Shown here: positions 9,791 through 17,170 of the stretch, piece by piece
Position numbering within the stretch: position 1 is the stretch's first letter
Layout of the letters: every line of letters begins with the position of its first letter
NCBI GenBank assembly: GCA_022703405.1
Contig: JAKLDT010000002.1
Coordinates: forward strand, 244-64,243
From: Bacteroidota bacterium
Lineage (GTDB): Bacteria; Bacteroidota; Bacteroidia; Bacteroidales; VadinHA17
Length of the DNA stretch: 64,000 bases
Reading direction: 5' to 3'
Notes under the pieces: generated by a model
Database searches by the model: none
The model's input: only the letters and a program-made list of their open reading frames with translations
Told to the model about the DNA's origin: nothing
Position numbers and translations under genes: made by a program

Positions 9791-11164
9791 TTAAGCAACA
9801 GGATTGTCGGTAATTTCTTCTTTCACCCTGTCCCAATATAGCTTTTTACACTCCCTGTAGGCCCTTGTTGCCATAATTGCCGCAACAGAATGCCAGAAAC
9901 CTGTATGAATATTTCCGTTAGGAATCCTGCTCCTGTCACGCATGCAGTCAATCCAGTTGTCAAGGTGGTACTTGCTGTCGTCACTAAGGCTTACTGGCCC
10001 CATTTTCATGTCATACTCCGGAGTTGTGACTATCTCTGCCTTCTTTGTCCGAAGGGCTTCCTTCATTCCCTCATAGAAATCAAAGCCTCCGGGGAGATCC
10101 TGATGTTCATGAATAAAGAACCACCTGGGACTTCCTTCACCTCCATGAGCGAAGAGCGTTCCTTCCTTTCCCCTGATACAGGTATAATCACCGAATTTAT
10201 TTGCGTAGTTTGAAGTATATGAATACAGGAATTTCTTTTCATCATATGATGCAAGTGCCTGGAAGGTATCTGGATTCTGGCGGATATCCGGCCAGCCGAA
10301 AATACCTCCGTGAGCAACAACAGAATCAGGGATTGCAGTATCGGTGTAAAAATGCACCAGACCGGCTCCATGGCTCATCCATTGTGAGGTAATCCCGCCT
10401 GAGTAATCCCTGAAGATCCTGAATTCAAAATACTTCCACGGATCAAACGGGACATAAGGTTTACCCAGCAGCCAGCGTTTCCAGTCAGTATCCTCCTCCC
10501 TTATTGCAGCAACATCAGGATCGTCAGGTACATGCCACCGGGGACCGTTGTCGTTCCATACCTGTTCTATCTTTGTAATCTGTCCCAGCTTTCCCGATCT
10601 TATTATGTCCCTGACCTTTATCTGCATCGGATCGCTTAGCCATTGTGATCCCATCTGAACAACCTGGTTTGATTCCAGGACTGCCTTCCGTGCTAATTTT
10701 GCCTCATCAACATCAGTTGCCATAGGCTTTTCACAATAACAGTCCTTGCCTGCCCTTACAACTTCTGCAAGAAGTTTTGCATGCTGATGGTCACCAGTTG
10801 CTATCATCACGGCATCAAGTTCAGTCATGGCCAGAAAATCTTCGGAATATTTGAACTGCTTTACTTCAGTTCCGAAATTCGCCCTGCATGCTGTTGCTGC
10901 TTTTTCCCTGTTGATTTTCCAGATGTCACAAACGGCAACAACTCCCAGGTTTTTGTCCTTTGCCGACATTTTAACCATGTTCTGATGTCCCGATCCGCGG
11001 GCTCCGCAGCCCAGGAAGCCAATGTTTATCCTGTCATTGGCACCTTTGATCCTGTTGTAAGAGGCGGCACTAAATGCAACCGGGGATGAAGCCAGGGCTG
11101 TTCCGGCAATGGCAGTTGTTGTTTTCCCGATGAAATTTCTGCGAGTAAGATTTCGTGGTGTCAT
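9791..11164 (-). CDS. Gfo/Idh/MocA-family oxidoreductase with twin-arginine (TAT) signal, predicted periplasmic
   Basis: 457 aa. TAT-like signal LTRRNFIGKTTTAIAGTALASSP, Rossmann motif INIGFLGCGARG and the CEKPMA motif. Confidence 0.85.
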   Translation of the reverse strand: MTPRNLTRRNFIGKTTTAIAGTALASSPVAFSAASYNRIKGANDRINIGFLGCGARGSGHQNMVKMSAKDKNLGVVAVCDIWKINREKAATACRANFGTEVKQFKYSEDFLAMTELDAVMIATGDHQHAKLLAEVVRAGKDCYCEKPMATDVDEAKLARKAVLESNQVVQMGSQWLSDPMQIKVRDIIRSGKLGQITKIEQVWNDNGPRWHVPDDPDVAAIREEDTDWKRWLLGKPYVPFDPWKYFEFRIFRDYSGGITSQWMSHGAGLVHFYTDTAIPDSVVAHGGIFGWPDIRQNPDTFQALASYDEKKFLYSYTSNYANKFGDYTCIRGKEGTLFAHGGEGSPRWFFIHEHQDLPGGFDFYEGMKEALRTKKAEIVTTPEYDMKMGPVSLSDDSKYHLDNWIDCMRDRSRIPNGNIHTGFWHSVAAIMATRAYRECKKLYWDRVKEEITDNPVA

Positions 11165-11175
11165 TAGGTAGGTAG

Positions 11176-12492
11176 TTAAAGTTTGTAGTGACTATTCTTC
11201 ATATACTCCAGGTTATCATCCAGCGGTGTCATCGTTGGCATGAGGAGATGAACAAAGCCCAGTATGATTATATATGATAAGCCCGCAATAACAAAGGCCC
11301 AGAAGTAGCCGGAGTTATTTGCAGTATCCAGAACAGCACCAAGCACCATATCTGCAGCAACTGCCACAATTACTCCCACCATCTTTCCGATACCGATCAC
11401 TGATGCGGTAGCCTTCCTGGGGAAAACATCAGGAACAAGGGTATAACTGTTGATTGACCATGACTGATGGCCTGCAGCTCCCAGACCTATAAGTAAAACA
11501 GCAAGCCATTTATTATCAAGGACCGGTACAAACATTACAGGCAAAATAATTATTGCATTTACAAGAAGGGTAATCTTCCTTGCCTTGTTTATTGTCCATC
11601 CTTTCCTTATTAGAGCTCCGGATGCAAGACCTCCCAGAAGGCTCCCGGAATCTGCCATCAGAAATATCACAAGGTAGGGTAAACCAATACCCTTGATATC
11701 GACACCGAACTGGTCGGCAAGGAATTTTGCTCCCCAGAAAAGATAAAACCACCAAACTGCATCAGTTATAGTGGTAAGGGCGAAAGCCCATGTTTCTCTT
11801 CTGGGAATCAGTTTTATCCATGGAATTTTTTCTTCTGTTTCCGGTTCAGAATCACTGTTTATATATTCAAGTTCTTCTTTTGATAATTTTGGATGAAACT
11901 CAGGCTTCCGGTAAGTTCTGAGCCAGAGGAAGATCCATAAAGAACTGAGGACTCCGGTAATAAGAAATGGAAACTGCCAGTTCTTACCGTCAACTGAAAC
12001 GATTGCTCCAACAATGAAAGGAGCAAGTATTGCACCGACACTTGTTGAAGCATCAAAAATACCGGTTGCAAATGCCCTGTCTTTTTTCGGGAACCATTCA
12101 GCCACTGTTTTTATTGCAGCCGGGAAATTCCCGGATTCCCCTATTCCCAGACCGAAACGAGCGATTAAGAAACCAGGCAGGCTGAAGATGGGCCTTACTA
12201 CGGCATGAAGCATACCGAAAAGGCTCCATATTGCTATCGACAAGGTATATCCTGCCCTTGTCCCGAATCTGTCAATAACACCTCCCATAAATAAAAGGCC
12301 AATCCCATAGGCAACCTTGAAGGACACCATAATTGCTGCATAATCCGAATTGCTCCAGGAAAACAGTCTCTGAAGCGTCGGAGCCATTACACCCACAATA
12401 CTTCTGTCGAAGTAATTTATTGTGGTTGCCATGAAGACCAGGGCAAGAATCCTGTAACGGTAATGCCCTGTTTTATAAGACTGGTCAGCCAT
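11176..12492 (-). CDS. MFS transporter, hexuronate/ACS-family-like
   Basis: 438 aa, about 12 TM segments. The N-terminus YRYRILALVFMATTINYFDRSIVGV is typical of ExuT-like MFS permeases. Confidence 0.8.
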   Translation of the reverse strand: MADQSYKTGHYRYRILALVFMATTINYFDRSIVGVMAPTLQRLFSWSNSDYAAIMVSFKVAYGIGLLFMGGVIDRFGTRAGYTLSIAIWSLFGMLHAVVRPIFSLPGFLIARFGLGIGESGNFPAAIKTVAEWFPKKDRAFATGIFDASTSVGAILAPFIVGAIVSVDGKNWQFPFLITGVLSSLWIFLWLRTYRKPEFHPKLSKEELEYINSDSEPETEEKIPWIKLIPRRETWAFALTTITDAVWWFYLFWGAKFLADQFGVDIKGIGLPYLVIFLMADSGSLLGGLASGALIRKGWTINKARKITLLVNAIIILPVMFVPVLDNKWLAVLLIGLGAAGHQSWSINSYTLVPDVFPRKATASVIGIGKMVGVIVAVAADMVLGAVLDTANNSGYFWAFVIAGLSYIIILGFVHLLMPTMTPLDDNLEYMKNSHYKL

Positions 12493-12504
12493 ATTTCATA
12501 AGGA

Positions 12505-12541
12505 CCCCCTCCCGATAGCTATCGGGACCCCCCAAGGGGGG
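12505..12541. repeat. Two abutting GC-rich palindromes in the spacer between the oxidoreductase and MFS genes
   Basis: Perfect 18-nt palindrome tcccgatagctatcggga (12510-12527), followed directly by ccccccaagggggg (12528-12541). An extra C5 run at 12505-12509 could pair alternatively with the G-run. Confidence 0.8.
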
Positions 12542-12566
12542 CTTAAGGAGTAGCTGGTGACTAAAA

Positions 12567-13967
12567 TTATACATTCTCAGGAACTACATAGGGCTTGCGA
12601 TATTCTTTCCTTGTCAGATACGTGTCTGCTTCAGGATCATTCACAAATCTCTCATTTGCACCGTCAAATGTCACTGACCTTCCGACACGATATGAGATAT
12701 TTGCCAGGTGTGCAAGGTCTGATGAAATGACACCTTCCCTGATCTCACAATGCAGGTCTTCCTTTTTACCTGAGCGTATAGCTTCAATAAAATTCCTGTA
12801 ATGATCTGCTTCATGGTTACCTGTCAGTTCTTTTGACGAAGCAAAGGGATCCTTTTCCCTTCCCCTGAATGCTCTCCATGTATCACCGGCAATTTCGAGA
12901 TATCCGTCTGAACCATAGAAAATATTGCCAACCTCAACGCCCTTGTACCCTTCCTGGTTTGTATACCGTCCGCGTGTTTCAAATTCGAGGAGAGTCCCAT
13001 CCTTGTACCTGTATGAGCAGGTCTGAGTGTTTGGAGTTTCCTGTGAAGTGGCATCTTTGCCATAAGCTTCAACATCGCCGTAGACAAGTTTCCCCGGTGT
13101 TGATGAGCCGGTTTTTCCGAGACCATAAAGGCCTCCGGTGGAATAAACTGAAACAGGGTGTTCATCTTTCCGCAGGCCCCAGCGGGCTATATCGAGCTGA
13201 TGAGGGCCTGTGTTACCTGTGTCGCCATTACCGGTTTCCCAGTACCAGTGCCAGTTATAATGACCTTTCTTTTCATTGTACTGACGCCAGGGTGCCGGAC
13301 CAAGCCACAAGTCATAATGCAAACCGGCTGGCGGTTCACTGTCCTTTGACATTCCATAGGAATCCCTTGCCTTGTAACAGAGTCCCCTTGCCATGAAAAC
13401 CTCTCCGATTCCGCCATCATGGATGAACTTTATAGCCTCTCTTACATTGGGATTTGAACGGTTGTTTTTTCCAACCTGCACAAGAACCTTGTATTTAGCA
13501 GCTGCCTCAATCATTTTCTTTCCCTCCCATATATTATACGAGGCAGGCTTTTCGACATAGACATGCTTGCCAGCCTGGCAGGCCCATATAGTTGCGAGTG
13601 CATGCCAGTGGTTGGGCATTACTATTGAGACTGCATGTATATCCTTGTCATCAAACACTTTACGCAAATCCCATTCGGTTTTTGGTTTAGCACTTCCCTT
13701 TTCAACTGTAAGCTTAAGCCTTGAGTCAAACAACCTCTCATCGGCATCGCAGAGGGTTTTAAGAACCACATTATGGCTGTCTTTTATTGACGACCAGTTC
13801 CCTATATGAACTGCTCCCTGGTTCCTGATACCGATAAGTGCCAGGTTAATGCGATCGTTTGCTCCAATTACCGAATTATATGATTTAGCGCTAAGGCCTA
13901 TTCCGCCAATTGCAATACCTGCAGTGCCTAAAACGCCTGTTTTGATAAAATCTCTTCTTTTTGTCAT
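12567..13967 (-). CDS. Gfo/Idh/MocA-family oxidoreductase with TAT signal, predicted periplasmic
   Basis: 466 aa. TAT-like signal MTKRRDFIKTGVLGTAGIAIGG, Rossmann motif INLALIGIRNQG and the VEKPAS motif. Confidence 0.85.
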   Translation of the reverse strand: MTKRRDFIKTGVLGTAGIAIGGIGLSAKSYNSVIGANDRINLALIGIRNQGAVHIGNWSSIKDSHNVVLKTLCDADERLFDSRLKLTVEKGSAKPKTEWDLRKVFDDKDIHAVSIVMPNHWHALATIWACQAGKHVYVEKPASYNIWEGKKMIEAAAKYKVLVQVGKNNRSNPNVREAIKFIHDGGIGEVFMARGLCYKARDSYGMSKDSEPPAGLHYDLWLGPAPWRQYNEKKGHYNWHWYWETGNGDTGNTGPHQLDIARWGLRKDEHPVSVYSTGGLYGLGKTGSSTPGKLVYGDVEAYGKDATSQETPNTQTCSYRYKDGTLLEFETRGRYTNQEGYKGVEVGNIFYGSDGYLEIAGDTWRAFRGREKDPFASSKELTGNHEADHYRNFIEAIRSGKKEDLHCEIREGVISSDLAHLANISYRVGRSVTFDGANERFVNDPEADTYLTRKEYRKPYVVPENV

Positions 13968-13994
13968 ATCTGAAATAGTTGGTTTAATTTTTTA

Positions 13995-14117
13995 CCACGG
14001 AGTTGCTCTGAGTTTACACTGAATTTCACTGTTTTTGGCACTTAATAATCAGAGTTCTTATTTATATCCTGAAAAAAACTTCGTGTCTTCCTCCGAGTGA
14101 CTCCGTTTACTCTGTGG
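13995..14117. repeat. Inverted pair of degenerate 10-nt-period tandem arrays flanking an AT-rich spacer
   Basis: Left arm 13995-14031: ggagt/tgagt and cactg/cactg recur at a 10-nt period. Right arm 14091-14117: ctccg recurs at a 10-nt period. The outer 9 nt ccacggagt (13995-14003) pair with actctgtgg (14109-14117), with one G-U. Confidence 0.7.
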
Positions 14118-14128
14118 TTAATTATGCT

Positions 14129-15178
14129 TTAATACTTACCTGCAAACTCATCAGCATAATAATTAATCTGCTCATCAGTAAGATCGGCTCCTGAATTGAT
14201 AATAACCCTGTACCTGAAGGTAGCCGATTTACCTGAAGGAATTGAGAAATTGACTGATTCCTTTCCTGCAGTAAAGTCTTTTGCACCAAGGGGGTTAACC
14301 GAAAAAAGCCCATATCCCCTGGCATGCCAGTAAGTCGGGTAACTTTGGTTTTTTGGATGATCACATACAGTCACAGAAATAATCTCACTGCCAATTTTAC
14401 CGGACAGATCCATCCATTTTGCCCTTGTTCCCCATACAGCCTCGCCTGTGATTCCTTCACTGCTTCTGTAATTGCCGGTAATATCATCAGCGCCCTGTGC
14501 CTTTACCGTGGTTGTGCCTCCCTTTTGTTCCTGAAGTGTAATATCTTCATTTGTCGGAAGCTGCAGCTGTTTTGCTACTCTTATACCGAACATGCCTTCC
14601 TTGGTATCATTGAAGAACATGTCTCCACCTGTTGCAGTAAGTGTGGTTATCCTGTCAATTATTCTTGCATTGCCTTTACCCGAGAAATGATATTCCGATT
14701 TTTCTGAAAGCATTTCCTTTCCTGTACTGTCAACCCAGCTTTCATTTGAAATAATTATTCCTTCGCCGTTTTCCTCAGATATCCTGTCAAAACCAAGGTG
14801 TTTAATAACTCCTCCTGCCGGGTTTAATGATCCGCTTGATCCGTTACCCCAAAAATCAACTCCATTGACATTTCCGTAATTAAGCCATATCCCTACATGA
14901 TGTGCATGATCAGTGCTTTCACCTTCCCTTAATTCAAGAGGAAATCCCCTTGTTATAACAGTACCGGCGGAGGTGCAAACGGGATACAGCACGGGTTTGT
15001 AAACGTTTTCGGGCCAGCAGAAAGAAGTAAAGAGTCTGCCGTCAATATTAATATCAATTTTTTTCTCCGAAGACCTGTCAACCAGGGTCACTCCTGCTTG
15101 TTTTCCGGAAGGTCCTGATCCGCAGGAGCTTATTAGTAACAGACTGAGAAAAAGCAGCATCACAGATTTAGAATTCAT
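14129..15178 (-). CDS. DUF6807 / PmoA-family protein, lipoprotein
   Basis: The core KPVLYPVCTSAGTVITRGFPLELREGESTDHAHHVGIWLNYGNVNGVDFWGNG matches the family signature. The track ORF starts at a TTG (15226). The in-frame ATG at 15178 gives a clean lipoprotein signal, MNSKSVMLLFLSLLLISSC. Confidence 0.65.
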   Translation of the reverse strand: MNSKSVMLLFLSLLLISSCGSGPSGKQAGVTLVDRSSEKKIDINIDGRLFTSFCWPENVYKPVLYPVCTSAGTVITRGFPLELREGESTDHAHHVGIWLNYGNVNGVDFWGNGSSGSLNPAGGVIKHLGFDRISEENGEGIIISNESWVDSTGKEMLSEKSEYHFSGKGNARIIDRITTLTATGGDMFFNDTKEGMFGIRVAKQLQLPTNEDITLQEQKGGTTTVKAQGADDITGNYRSSEGITGEAVWGTRAKWMDLSGKIGSEIISVTVCDHPKNQSYPTYWHARGYGLFSVNPLGAKDFTAGKESVNFSIPSGKSATFRYRVIINSGADLTDEQINYYADEFAGKY

Positions 15179-15320
15179 AATCAGATAGTTAAGGTTAAAA
15201 ATCAGTATTTTAACAAATGTATCCAATAAACAATGAACTGCAAAATCTTTTAATGGTTTTCAGGCGGACCTTTAAAGTAATAAGCTAAATTGCCGCTTTT
15301 AAAGCATTAAACAAGAAAAA

Positions 15321-16646
15321 ATGAAATTCCGTATAGCAATCATCCTCATTGTTCTTTTTCAGTTTACCTATTGCACCTTTGCCCAGGAAAAGGCAAAGGA
15401 AAAAATTAAGGATGGCTGGTCCTTTGGTTTCTTTCCTTCATTCGGTTATGATTCAAATACAGGTGCAAAATATGGCGGGATACTTAAACTGTTCGATTAC
15501 GGCGACGGAAGTAAATATCCCCGGTATGACCAGGCATTCAACCTGGAAATCTCAAGAACAACAAAGGGACAGGGGGTCAATCAGCTGACTTATGATTCAA
15601 GGACACTCTTCCCCGGTTACAGGGTGATGGGTGAGATAAGTTACCTGACTGAAAAGACGCTCGACTTCTATGGCTTTAACGGTTACAACGCTTATTACAG
15701 CTCTGACTATACAAGTAAAAGCAATCCTCTTTATATAACTTCCCTGTTCTATAAAATGGAGAGGGAGCTTCTAAAGCTGAGAACAGAAATAATAGGGAAG
15801 CTGTCAGGCGAGAATATAAAGTGGTTTGGCGGAATAGAATACATGAACAACAGGCTGGACACTGTTGATGTGAATAATATTAACAAGGGGAAGGATGAAG
15901 GAAGCAGGCTGCCTTATTCAGACGGCGGACTGTATGGCAGATATATTAAATGGGGGCTCATTGACCCTGAGCAGGCTGATGGTGGTCAGGCCACGCTCCT
16001 GAAAGCCGGTGTGAAATATGACACACGCGACAATGAGGCAAATCCCATGAAAGGATTGTGGACTGACATTCAGCTTATTGTATCACCGGGTTTTATCAGT
16101 GATGGTTATACCTATACCCGTGTTGCCTTTACTCACAGGCAGTACTTTACACTTATCCCGAAAAGAATCAATTTCTGTTACAGGTTATCATACCAGGCAA
16201 AGATTGGCGGAGAAATGCCTTTCTACATGTTGCCTCTTGTATATAATTCTGCTCCTCAGCTGACTCTCAGCGGACTTGGCGGCAGCAGGACAATCAGAGG
16301 CATACTGCGTAACAGGGTTGTCGGGGAAGACTTTGTTTACGGCAATGCCGAGCTGCGCTGCAAGGTGGCCAGAACTGTTCTTTTCAATCAGAATCTGTAT
16401 CTGGCTTTGTCGGCCTATGCCGATGCCGGAATGGTAACAGGAAAGTACAAACTACCTGATACAACTGATCCTGAAGGAATTGCATGGCTTGCAAAAGGAG
16501 AAGAAGAAGAACTGCATACAAGCTATGGCTGGGGCATTCATGGTGCACTTAATGAGAATTTCATTGTGAGCCTGAATTATGCCTGGGCTAGAGATTCGCG
16601 TGACGGAGTAAAAGGAACCTACCTTCAGATGAGCTTCAACTTCTGA
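15321..16646 (+). CDS. Outer-membrane beta-barrel protein, Omp85/bacterial-surface-antigen-like (putative)
   Basis: 441 aa. Signal peptide, alternating beta-strand pattern and a C-terminal ...YLQMSFNF with terminal aromatic residue. Confidence 0.5.
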   Translation: MKFRIAIILIVLFQFTYCTFAQEKAKEKIKDGWSFGFFPSFGYDSNTGAKYGGILKLFDYGDGSKYPRYDQAFNLEISRTTKGQGVNQLTYDSRTLFPGYRVMGEISYLTEKTLDFYGFNGYNAYYSSDYTSKSNPLYITSLFYKMERELLKLRTEIIGKLSGENIKWFGGIEYMNNRLDTVDVNNINKGKDEGSRLPYSDGGLYGRYIKWGLIDPEQADGGQATLLKAGVKYDTRDNEANPMKGLWTDIQLIVSPGFISDGYTYTRVAFTHRQYFTLIPKRINFCYRLSYQAKIGGEMPFYMLPLVYNSAPQLTLSGLGGSRTIRGILRNRVVGEDFVYGNAELRCKVARTVLFNQNLYLALSAYADAGMVTGKYKLPDTTDPEGIAWLAKGEEEELHTSYGWGIHGALNENFIVSLNYAWARDSRDGVKGTYLQMSFNF

Positions 16647-16654
16647 TATCAGGA

Positions 16655-17137
16655 TTACTGCAGATCCAGAAGCATCCAGATATCGCAACCAAAATGTCCT
16701 GAATTTCCCATTGGTTGATTGATCGATCTGAATCCGGCTTTTTCATACATACTGATTGCCTTTCCAAGTTCCGGCATCGATTCAAGATAGATCTGCCTGT
16801 ATCCCATTTCCCGGGCAGATATGATGCTTTTTTCCATCAGCATCCTGCCGATACCTTTTCCCCTGTATTCCGCAGCCAGATAGAATTTTACAAGTTCGGC
16901 GCATCCTTTGGGGAGAGCAGGAGTAGGATAAATGCCACATCCGCCGATTATGACCTCACCATCAAGAGCTATCCAGTAAACTGAACCGGGGGCCTGAAAT
17001 AGTCTGAACAGGTCATCTGTCGTTGGATCAAAGTATACTGTGCCCGGCCTGTCAATCTTAAACTCCCTGAAAACCTTACGGATAAGTGCTGCAATTTCAG
17101 CATTGTCATTTTCTTCAATTTGCCTCAATGAAACCAT
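16655..17137 (-). CDS. GNAT-family N-acetyltransferase
   Basis: 160 aa. Acetyl-CoA binding motif YRGKGIGRMLMEKSI. Confidence 0.85.
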   Translation of the reverse strand: MVSLRQIEENDNAEIAALIRKVFREFKIDRPGTVYFDPTTDDLFRLFQAPGSVYWIALDGEVIIGGCGIYPTPALPKGCAELVKFYLAAEYRGKGIGRMLMEKSIISAREMGYRQIYLESMPELGKAISMYEKAGFRSINQPMGNSGHFGCDIWMLLDLQ

Positions 17138-17170
17138 CCTGAAAAAGTATTAGATCAATAATACAGAGCA

